Assembly (NCBI GenBank): GCA_036507075.1
Contig: DASXQR010000094.1
Location: 1 to 15,774 of the forward strand
Direction: 5' to 3'
Length of the DNA: 15,774 nt
DNA from: Acidobacteriota bacterium
GTDB lineage: Bacteria > Acidobacteriota > UBA6911 > JACQSX01
In this document: in pieces, positions 6,283 to 14,147 of the stretch
Numbering within the stretch: position 1 is the stretch's first letter
How the letters are laid out: each line of letters starts with the position of its first letter
Notes under the pieces: model-generated
The model's database searches: none
What the model saw: the letters and a program-made list of their open reading frames with translations, nothing else
Told to the model about the DNA's origin: nothing
Position numbers and translations under genes: made by a program

Positions 6283-7182
6283 TCACGCCACCGATTCTTC
6301 TTGTTTCTCTTCTGATTTTTTCTCTTTTTCCAGTTCCTTCTTGCCGCTTTCTGTCTTCGCCCAGTCGGCTTCGAAAACGGCGATCACACGCTTTACAATC
6401 TTCGGATCCCTGACGATCAATCCCGCCTCACGCCGGTCATCCAATTCAACTTTTCGCAGGCTTTGGCTTCCGATAAACACTTGCCGGCCGTCGCGTACGA
6501 TAGTTCGCGTATGCAGTCGTTTCCCCGGAAACTTCTCAACCGCCACTCCTGCGCCGCGCTTCCCAAGCTTCCCGATTACCTTGATTTCGACGCCCGCCTT
6601 TACCCGCGCCCGCAGAACTGAAATCATGCGCGCATCGGTTAATTTCGGATCGTAAATAAGCAGCTGCCTGCGCGCTCCCGCCAGAAACTGGGAAAGCCGC
6701 GGCCTTGAGTTTTCCGGGCTGACAACAAAATCCTTCGCGCCACTCACGTAAGGCTGGCGCAGCGTGTCGGCCTGAAGCAATTTCAGGGCTTCTTCTACCA
6801 GCTTGCGATTCCGGGTCACGACCCCGAAGCTGCGACTATGATCGATATCCAGGTGGGTGAAATTGAATCCAAGAAGGTGCAGCTCGCGACCGTCAATGAT
6901 CAGGATCTTGTCATGGTAGCGGCTGAAATTATCAGCCGTGCGCGTAACAGTCACTCCGGCTTCCAACAATGCCAGTGCCACCTTGCGCAGCTTCTTTCCG
7001 TCGCCATTGGTGTGCGCGATTAAAGCGTGCACCAGCACGCCTCTGCCCACGGCCGCCTTCAGCGCTTTCTCAATGGCGTCATAATCGAAACGGAAAATGG
7101 CTATCTCAATGCTCTTGCGGGCATGATTGACAGCGGAAAGCAGCGGCGCAACTCCATCTTCCGGTTGAACCCGTAAATTCAT
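6283..7182 (-). CDS. Phospholipase D superfamily protein with two PLD-like domains
   Basis: H90-x-K92-x4-D97 (YHDKILIID) and a variant H224-x-R226-x4-D231 (LHTRTIVRD). Typical PLD segments ARKSIEIAIF, AAVGRGVLV, IGSQSL, RREAGLIV. Lys/Glu-rich tail. Confidence 0.85.
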   Translation of the reverse strand: MNLRVQPEDGVAPLLSAVNHARKSIEIAIFRFDYDAIEKALKAAVGRGVLVHALIAHTNGDGKKLRKVALALLEAGVTVTRTADNFSRYHDKILIIDGRELHLLGFNFTHLDIDHSRSFGVVTRNRKLVEEALKLLQADTLRQPYVSGAKDFVVSPENSRPRLSQFLAGARRQLLIYDPKLTDARMISVLRARVKAGVEIKVIGKLGKRGAGVAVEKFPGKRLHTRTIVRDGRQVFIGSQSLRKVELDDRREAGLIVRDPKIVKRVIAVFEADWAKTESGKKELEKEKKSEEKQEESVA

Positions 7183-7305
7183 AGTTGCGACAGAGACACG
7201 TGAAACCGCCTGCCGGCAGTGATCCTTCTGTGAGGGCGGAACTTTCCCGGTGCGGCGGCAATTTCCGCCACCCCTTGAGAATCAAAGAACTTAAACACTG
7301 TAATG

Positions 7306-7334
7306 AAGGTATTCCCGATGGGAGTGTAAGTCAA
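7306..7334 (-). promoter_or_regulatory. Candidate sigma70 promoter for the PLD-family gene
   Basis: On the - strand: TTGACT (7334-7329), 17 bp, TACCTT (7311-7306). Confidence 0.5.
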
Positions 7335-7488
7335 CCCGAAATGGCACTAAGTACTGGGAAATCTGCGGTTCGGGCCAGCCGCAAAGACCAGAGCAATTTT
7401 GGGTTTCGCGCCCTCGCGCCCTCGCGGTGGATTTTTTCCCACCGTCTTACCACAGCTCCGCGCATACGCGGCCAATCCTTCACCTTAA

Positions 7489-7497
7489 TGCTAGAAT
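7489..7497 (+). promoter_or_regulatory. Candidate extended -10 promoter for ppx-ppk1
   Basis: TG-C-TAGAAT about 55 nt upstream of the ppx ATG. Confidence 0.45.
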
Positions 7498-7550
7498 GAG
7501 AGTGAAGGAGAACTTCATCAGCAGCCCCGGTCACATCGCAGTTCCCCGTT

Positions 7551-9113
7551 ATGCCGGATTCTGACAACAACACTAACTCGGTTATCGCGGCGATCGACGT
7601 AGGCTCGAGCGCCATCCGCATGGCCATCGCCCAGTGGGATGCCTCCGGTCGATTTGAGGAACTGGAGAACCTGTCTCGCGGCGTTGCTCTCGGGAAAGAT
7701 GTGTTCACGGACGGACACATCAGCGAACAGTGCATCCAGGCTGCCTGTGAAACACTGCGCGGCTTCCGAAAAACGATGGACACGTACGGCGTGCAGAAGT
7801 ACCGGGCGGTGGCCACCAGCGCCGCCCGGGAAGCAGTCAACACGGATACGTTTGTGGACCGGGTTTTCATGCGCACCGGCATTGAAGTTGAGGTGATCGA
7901 CGGGCCCGAAGAAAACCGGCTCACCTATTTGGCCGTGGCCGACATTCTCAAGGACGAAATGCGGAAGGGAAACAAGGAGACGCTGCTGGTGGAAGTGGGC
8001 GGAGGGAGCGCCGATATTTCCTTTATCCGAAACGGAGGGCCGGTGCATGCGGGAACTTACCCGCTGGGTGCCCTGCGACTGCGCCAGTCACTGGCCGGAG
8101 TTGACCGTGGTCCGGGCCATCGGGTGGCGGCACTGGATCGATACATCCACACCACACTGGAGACGATGAAGCGGTCCATTCCATTCGAAAAAGTCTCGGA
8201 AGTGATCGCCGTAGGGGGCGACGTTCGCTTCACCGCCCGGCAGCTTGAGGGCGCAGCCAAGCATCTGTATTCAATCCCGCGGTCGGACTTCCTGCAGTTT
8301 TGCGATCAGATTTCCCGGTACGACGAGGATCAGTTGGTCAAGCAGTATCACATTTCATATGTAGAGGCGGAAACACTGGTTCCCGCGTTGCGCGTATACA
8401 AGCAGTTGCTGGAAAAGACGGCGGCCGAAACGGTGATGATTCCCACTGCCAATATCCGCAGAGGCATGCTGCTGGACTTGATCTGCAGTTCAGGACAGGG
8501 GAACATCGAAGAGCTTTCCAGGGAAATCCTCAGCTCGGCGCGCGAAGTGGCGCGCAAGTACCAGACCGATCTGAATCATGTCGACAATGTTGCTTCCCTT
8601 TCGGCGCAGATGTTCGACCAGTTGCGACAGGATCACGGTCTGGACGGGCATGCCCGCATGCTGCTGCAGGCTGCGGCACTGCTGCACGACATCGGGCTGT
8701 TCGTGAATTCCCGTGAACACCATAAGCATTCACAATATTTGATCGGCTCTTCCGAGATTTTCGGCCTGAGCGCACGCGACGCTGAGATTGTCGGCAACAT
8801 TGCCCGTTATCATCGACGCGCCATGCCTCAGCGAAGCCATCCCAGCTACCAAAATCTGGAAGCGGCTGAAAGGATGGAGGTATGCAAGCTGGCTGCTATT
8901 CTCAAAATCGCCAATGCGCTGGATAAGGACCACACTCAGAAGGTTCAGCGGCTGGAATTGGAGCATCAGGATTCCGAAATCGTGCTCAAAGCGCATACCC
9001 GCTCCGACACCGACCTGGCGCTGGAGCAGGTGACGCTGCAGAAGAAGGCCGATCTGTTCGAAGAAATCTATGGCAAACGAGTCACTTTACAGCAGATTCC
9101 CGGCGCCGATTGA
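7551..9113 (+). CDS. ppx: Ppx/GppA family exopolyphosphatase with C-terminal HD-like domain
   Basis: AAIDVGSSAIRM, AVATSAAREAVN, IDGPEENRLTY, VEVGGGSAD, LGALRL, ALLHDIG, HHKHSQYLI, IARYHRR. Directly upstream of ppk1. Confidence 0.93.
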   Translation: MPDSDNNTNSVIAAIDVGSSAIRMAIAQWDASGRFEELENLSRGVALGKDVFTDGHISEQCIQAACETLRGFRKTMDTYGVQKYRAVATSAAREAVNTDTFVDRVFMRTGIEVEVIDGPEENRLTYLAVADILKDEMRKGNKETLLVEVGGGSADISFIRNGGPVHAGTYPLGALRLRQSLAGVDRGPGHRVAALDRYIHTTLETMKRSIPFEKVSEVIAVGGDVRFTARQLEGAAKHLYSIPRSDFLQFCDQISRYDEDQLVKQYHISYVEAETLVPALRVYKQLLEKTAAETVMIPTANIRRGMLLDLICSSGQGNIEELSREILSSAREVARKYQTDLNHVDNVASLSAQMFDQLRQDHGLDGHARMLLQAAALLHDIGLFVNSREHHKHSQYLIGSSEIFGLSARDAEIVGNIARYHRRAMPQRSHPSYQNLEAAERMEVCKLAAILKIANALDKDHTQKVQRLELEHQDSEIVLKAHTRSDTDLALEQVTLQKKADLFEEIYGKRVTLQQIPGAD

Positions 9114-11211
9114 AACTCCTCCCCCGGAATTGCTGATCAACCGCGAGTTGAGTCTTCTGGAATTCAACCGCCGCGTCTGGCGGGAAGGCATGGATCCGGA
9201 AACGCCGCTGCTGGAGCGCCTGCGATTTCTTTCCATCGTGCTTTCAAATCTGGACCAGTTTTTTTTGGTGCGCGTGGCCCGGCTCAAAACCCAGAGCCTG
9301 GCCAACGAGTCAAGCCATTGTCCGACCGGGATCTCGAATGCAGATTTGTTGGACGCCATATCGGGCAAGGCGCACGACCTGGTTAATGACGTGTACGAAA
9401 GTTTTGCCGGGCTGGTTTCCGATCTGCGACAGGCCGGTATTGCCCTGGTTTCATTGGATGAGTTGGATGAAGAAGCCCACGCAGTGCTGGACGAAAAATT
9501 TGAGTCGGAGATTTTTCCCGCGCTCACGCCGCTGGCGGTAAAGCAGAAACGGCCCTTTCCGCTGTTGTTCAACCTTTCGTTGAATCTGGCAGTCCGCCTG
9601 CAGCTGCGGGACGGCGGAAGGCGCCTGGCGGTGGTTCAGGTTCCGGCCACCCTGCCGAGGCTGATCGAGATTCACGCCGGCAAAGGATCGCAAAAGACAT
9701 TCGTGCTGCTCGAAGAAGTCGTTGCGCGCAATGTGAGCCGGCTGTTTCTTGGATATAAGGTCCTGGAAACAAGGATGTTTCGCATTACGCGCGACGCCGA
9801 CTATGAGCTTGATGACGAGGGCGCGGAAAATTTTATCCACGCCGTGGAAGAACAACTCAGGAGACGGAGAATCAACGAGCCGGTCAGGCTGGAATTGCAG
9901 TCTCCGGCGAGCCCCTCGCTGACGCGGCTGCTTCAGAAGTCGCTGCGTCTCACGGACGCCGATATTTATCCTGTTCGGTGCCCGCTCGATTTGCGAGGTT
10001 TGTTGACGCTGTGCGATCTGCCCGGGTTTGACACCCTGAGATATCCGCTCATGCCGCCGGTGGGAATGATCGCCCCCATTGACAGGCAGGATTTGTTTGC
10101 CCTGGCAGCACGAGAGGACCTGTTATTCCATCATCCGTACGAGTCCTTTGAACCGGTGGTGGAATTGGTTCGCCAGGCCAGCGTCGATTCCAAAGTGCTG
10201 GCAATCAAGCAGACGCTCTACCGCACAAGCGGCGACTCTCCCATCGTGCGGGCTCTGGAAGCCGCCGCTCTCAATGGAAAGCAAGTCACGGTGCTGGTGG
10301 AATTGACCGCCCGCTTTGACGAAGAAAGAAACATAAGCTGGGCTCGCAAGCTGGAAACCGCCGGAGCTCACGTTATCTATGGCCTGGAGGGATTTAAGAC
10401 TCACGCCAAGATTCTGCTGATCGTACGTCGAGAACCACAGGGGATTCGCCGCTACGTGCATCTGAGCACCGGCAACTATAATGACCGGACTGCCCGGCTT
10501 TATACCGACATGGGCCTGCTCACGTCGCGCGAGGACATTGGTTCGGATGCTTCGGGTTTTTTTAACGCGATCACCGGTTTCAGCGATCCTCCCAGTTACC
10601 AGAAACTCGCCATGGCTCCCCTGGGACTGCGCGAAAGGATTATCTCCCTGATCGAGCGTGAATCCGTGCGGGCGCGCGAAGGTCAGCAAAGCCTGATTCG
10701 CGCCAAAATGAATTCTCTGATCGACCTTCCTCTTGTGATGGCGTTGTGTGAGGCGGCGCGCGCGGGCGTGAACATACAATTGTGCGTGCGCGGGGTTTGC
10801 ATGCTCCGGCCGGGACTGCCGGACTTCTCCGGAAACCTGAAGATCTTCAGCATTATTGATCGTTTTCTGGAGCATAGCCGTGTTTTCCACTTTTACAATG
10901 GCGGCAGCGATGAGGTGTACCTCAGCAGCGCAGATTGGATGCCGCGCAATCTGGATCGGCGAATCGAGCTGATGTTCCCGGTTGACTGTCGCGCGGCGCG
11001 CCGTAAGGTGCTGCAGGCCCTCGACATCATATTCAGTGACAATACAAAAGCCTGGGATTTGCAGACTGACGGCAGTTACGCGAAGCGCAGTCCCGCGACC
11101 GATGAACCACCGATTCGCTCTCAATATAAGCTTTATGAAGCGGCGCTGCGCCAGTTAGAGCAGCAGCTTCAGGAGGCGCATTTCCAATTAAGGCCGATCG
11201 AGGCTCGGTAG
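9070..11211 (+). CDS. ppk1: Polyphosphate kinase 1
   Basis: INRELSLLEFNRRV, LLERLRFLSI, DLLFHHPYESF, IKQTLYRTS, ELTARFDEERNI, KTHAKILL (phospho-His region), HLSTGNYN, RFLEHSR, SSADWMPRNLDRRIE. Overlaps the ppx 3' end by 44 bp. Confidence 0.97.
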   Translation: MANESLYSRFPAPIETPPPELLINRELSLLEFNRRVWREGMDPETPLLERLRFLSIVLSNLDQFFLVRVARLKTQSLANESSHCPTGISNADLLDAISGKAHDLVNDVYESFAGLVSDLRQAGIALVSLDELDEEAHAVLDEKFESEIFPALTPLAVKQKRPFPLLFNLSLNLAVRLQLRDGGRRLAVVQVPATLPRLIEIHAGKGSQKTFVLLEEVVARNVSRLFLGYKVLETRMFRITRDADYELDDEGAENFIHAVEEQLRRRRINEPVRLELQSPASPSLTRLLQKSLRLTDADIYPVRCPLDLRGLLTLCDLPGFDTLRYPLMPPVGMIAPIDRQDLFALAAREDLLFHHPYESFEPVVELVRQASVDSKVLAIKQTLYRTSGDSPIVRALEAAALNGKQVTVLVELTARFDEERNISWARKLETAGAHVIYGLEGFKTHAKILLIVRREPQGIRRYVHLSTGNYNDRTARLYTDMGLLTSREDIGSDASGFFNAITGFSDPPSYQKLAMAPLGLRERIISLIERESVRAREGQQSLIRAKMNSLIDLPLVMALCEAARAGVNIQLCVRGVCMLRPGLPDFSGNLKIFSIIDRFLEHSRVFHFYNGGSDEVYLSSADWMPRNLDRRIELMFPVDCRAARRKVLQALDIIFSDNTKAWDLQTDGSYAKRSPATDEPPIRSQYKLYEAALRQLEQQLQEAHFQLRPIEAR

Positions 11212-11332
11212 GCGGATTATTTTTGATTTCGCGCTTTCGCGTCTTCGCGGTGAATTTGTTCACTCCTCTGAGGTGCGGGAACACCAACGGGGCTTGCCGC
11301 GGCCTAAAACGCCCGTACTTAAGGGGGACCCC

Positions 11333-11938
11333 ATGATTCTTTGTTTTGTACGTCACGCCATTGCTGCTGATCGGCAATCGTGGAAGGAAGACGACGAAAA
11401 GCGACCTCTGACCGCCGAAGGGGTTAAGAAAATGAAAAGGGTTGCAGATGCGCTTTCTCTGATGGGCGGGGATTTTACCTATATCTGCACCAGTCCGCTG
11501 AGGCGCGCCAGGCAAACCGCAAAAATCCTGTCGCGAAAATCGGAGCATTCCGCCGAGACGCTGATATGGAGTGAACTCGTGCCGGGAAGTCCGCCCCAGG
11601 ACCTGCTAAACAAGCTTCAGGTGCTCTCCCGGAAACGCCAAGCCAAACCGGCTAAATCCGGGTCCGCATCCAGACGTGTTGCGCCCGGCAAATCTCAGAA
11701 GGCTTCCAATGACCGCCGGCCGGCCGTTTCCGGCAACTCGGCCCAAATCGCACTGGTGGGCCACGAACCGCACCTCAGTCAGACGGTTTCTTACCTCCTG
11801 TGCGGAGATGCTCATAAAATGTCAATTGCATTCAAGAAGTCAGGGGTCTGTTGTCTGGAATACAACGGAAAGATTCCAGCCACGCTTCGCTGGTTTCTGC
11901 CTCCCCGAATGGCAGCAAGCATAGCGAAACGCAGTTGA
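11333..11938 (+). CDS. sixA: SixA-type phosphohistidine phosphatase (histidine phosphatase superfamily)
   Basis: FVRHA, DEKRPLTAEG, TSPLRRARQTA, LVGHEPHLS. ATG at 11333 follows an AAGGGGGA SD. Contains a basic low-complexity insertion. Confidence 0.85.
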   Translation: MILCFVRHAIAADRQSWKEDDEKRPLTAEGVKKMKRVADALSLMGGDFTYICTSPLRRARQTAKILSRKSEHSAETLIWSELVPGSPPQDLLNKLQVLSRKRQAKPAKSGSASRRVAPGKSQKASNDRRPAVSGNSAQIALVGHEPHLSQTVSYLLCGDAHKMSIAFKKSGVCCLEYNGKIPATLRWFLPPRMAASIAKRS

Positions 11939-11940
11939 GA

Positions 11941-12287
11941 TCCGGGTTCCGGGTTTTCGAGTTGCGGGTTGCGAACTGTGCTGTTGAGAAGATGGTCTAT
12001 TCCAAAGTAAACCTGAAAATCCCAAATTGAAAATTCCCGCCGACGACAGGGATGTTGGATAATGTCTTTTCCAATAGAGATATCTGATAATACGCTTTCC
12101 AGCTTTGAATTTTGAATTCGCCCGGATTATTGATAAAGCTTCACCGCGAAGACCGTCCTTGCCGCTCTCTTGGCGTTCTTGGCGGTCTTCGCGGTTAGGT
12201 TTTTTGTGAATAATCCGGGCTAGTAACTCGTAACCTGTATCCCGAAAACCCGTAACCCGAAAACCCGAAAACCCGAAAACCGGTAAC
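11941..12287. repeat. Multiply nested inverted-repeat element
   Basis: Outer arms (CGGGTT..)n 11941-11973 and (..AACCCG)n 12223-12287. Perfect 12-bp IR at 12120-12131/12209-12220 and perfect 13-bp IR at 12143-12155/12183-12195. Confidence 0.85.
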
Positions 12288-12292
12288 TTCTT

Positions 12293-12910
12293 ATGGCTCT
12301 AATCAAAATGTTCCAACGCGATGAAAAATTCACGGAAGTCTTTCGCTCCATGACTTCCAATCTCACCAGCGCCAGCGAATTGCTGGAAAAATTTCTGGCG
12401 GAGCCGACAAACATCCAGCTTAGAGACCAGATCAAAGATCACGAGCATCGGGGAGATCTGCTGGTCAAAGAAGTAATTCTAAAACTGGATGTCACCTTCA
12501 TTACGCCGTTTGATCGGGAAGATATCCACGAACTGGCGGGAATCATTGACGACGTTCTCGATCTGGTGCATCGCGCGACGGCCAAGATCACGATGTATGG
12601 CATCCGCAGCGTGGTCCCGGGTACCAGGGAGCTGGCGCACATTCTGACCGAGCAGACCAGAGACCTGGAATCCGCGGTAGTAAACCTGAAAAATTACAGC
12701 GAAGTGCTGCGGCTTTGCGAGCATGTCAGTGAACTTGAGAAACAGGGTGATGCCCTTTATTCCCGCAGCATCTGCTCGATATTCGAAAATGTCAAAGATC
12801 CAATTGAACTGATCAAGCTGAAGGAAGTCATCGAGACGGTCGAATCGGCTCTCAACCGCAGTCAGGACGTGGGGGACGTGCTCGAATCTATCGTCATCAA
12901 GAACACCTAG
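12293..12910 (+). CDS. DUF47 / PhoU-like phosphate transport regulator (Pit accessory protein)
   Basis: IKDHEHRGD, TFITPFDREDIHELA, LEKQGD, IELIKLKEVIETVE. Immediately upstream of pit. Confidence 0.92.
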   Translation: MALIKMFQRDEKFTEVFRSMTSNLTSASELLEKFLAEPTNIQLRDQIKDHEHRGDLLVKEVILKLDVTFITPFDREDIHELAGIIDDVLDLVHRATAKITMYGIRSVVPGTRELAHILTEQTRDLESAVVNLKNYSEVLRLCEHVSELEKQGDALYSRSICSIFENVKDPIELIKLKEVIETVESALNRSQDVGDVLESIVIKNT

Positions 12911-12916
12911 ACGCCG

Positions 12917-13909
12917 ATGCTGCTCTACTACGTGATCTTCATCGTCATAGTGGCGCTGGTGTTTGATTTTCTCAACGGCTTCCATGACGCGGCCAATTCG
13001 ATCGCTACCATCGTTTCCACGCGCGTGCTCACTCCGCTGCAGGCGGTGATTTGGGCTGCTTTCTTCAACTTTGTGGCGGCGTTTGTCTTTGGCACCGCCG
13101 TAGCCAAGACTCTCTACAAGGGTCTTATCGATATCCGCCAGGTGAATGAAACGGTGATCTTATGCGGCCTGATCGGGGCCATCCTGTGGAACATCATTAC
13201 CTGGTATTTCGGACTTCCGACCAGCAGCTCCCACGCGCTGATTGGGGGGTACGCCGGAGCGGCGGTCGTGCGTGCCGGCTGGTCTGTGCTCATATTGAAG
13301 GGCTGGTATCCCACGCTGGAGGGCATCGTGCTGGCGCCGCTCATCGGACTGGCGCTCGGCTTCCTTTTCATATTTATCACCTACGGCGTGGTGAAGAGAT
13401 CGCGCCCTCGCAGAATAGATCAGATCTTCAGAAAGCTTCAGTTGATTTCGGCCGCTCTGTACAGCCTGGGACACGGCACAAACGACGCTCAAAAAACCAT
13501 GGGAATCATTGCAGGCGTTCTGTTTTCGGCCGGCTATTTGACGCGAAGCGAAATTCCGTTTTGGGTGATTCTGATTTGTCATGCCGCGATGGGACTGGGA
13601 ACATTCTTCGGAGGTTGGCGCATCGTAAAAACCATGGGCCAGAAGATCGTCAAGCTGCGTCCTATCGGTGGTTTTTGCGCTGAGGCGGCCGGCGCCATAA
13701 CCATAATGAATGCCGCTCATATCGGAGTTCCCGTCAGCACCACCCATGTCATTACCGGATCAATCGTGGGCGTGGGGTCCATTCATGGACTGTCTGCTGT
13801 GAAATGGGGAGTAGCCGGAAGAATTGTCTGGGCCTGGATCATCACCATCCCTGCTTCCGCGTCCGTGGCTGCAATTTCTTATCTTGTGATCAGTTTATTC
13901 ATTCAATAG
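12917..13909 (+). CDS. pit: Inorganic phosphate transporter, PiT family
   Basis: FDFLNGFHDAANSIAT, GLPTSSSHALIGG, HGTNDAQKTMG, GGWRIVKTMG, GVPVSTTH, WIITIP. Multiple hydrophobic segments. Confidence 0.96.
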   Translation: MLLYYVIFIVIVALVFDFLNGFHDAANSIATIVSTRVLTPLQAVIWAAFFNFVAAFVFGTAVAKTLYKGLIDIRQVNETVILCGLIGAILWNIITWYFGLPTSSSHALIGGYAGAAVVRAGWSVLILKGWYPTLEGIVLAPLIGLALGFLFIFITYGVVKRSRPRRIDQIFRKLQLISAALYSLGHGTNDAQKTMGIIAGVLFSAGYLTRSEIPFWVILICHAAMGLGTFFGGWRIVKTMGQKIVKLRPIGGFCAEAAGAITIMNAAHIGVPVSTTHVITGSIVGVGSIHGLSAVKWGVAGRIVWAWIITIPASASVAAISYLVISLFIQ

Positions 13910-13926
13910 TGTCTCGAGTAAGAATT

Positions 13927-14081
13927 TTTTAACCACAAAGGCACAAGAGCACGAAGTAAGACGTGGGGCAGGCAGAGTCCGGTCAGGGTCTCAAAATGAA
14001 TTGTGAAAACGTATTCTGAGGTGACCGGACTTTGCCTGCCCCACGTCCGGCTTTGTGTCCTTTGTGTCTTTGTGGTTAAAA
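13927..14081. repeat. ~155-nt near-perfect hairpin: CACAAAG-type outer arms enclosing a REP-like 26-bp inverted repeat
   Basis: 13927-13946 vs 14062-14081 match at 19/20. 13960-13985 (GACGTGGGGCAGGCAGAGTCCGGTCA) vs 14022-14047 match at 25/26. Confidence 0.92.
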
Positions 14082-14147
14082 CTGATACACGAATTCACGC
14101 TATAGGTACCAGCTAGCTGCCGCAACATCCATTCCAAGGAGAGCAAA

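Noticed and set aside
7183..7550. Pho box upstream of ppx-ppk1
   Set aside because: Only an isolated CTGTAAT half-site is present, with no 11-bp-periodic direct repeat.
10123..11124. 333-aa antisense ORF within ppk1, and other long antisense or alternate-frame ORFs
   Set aside because: These are shadow ORFs of GC-rich genes with no recognisable motifs.
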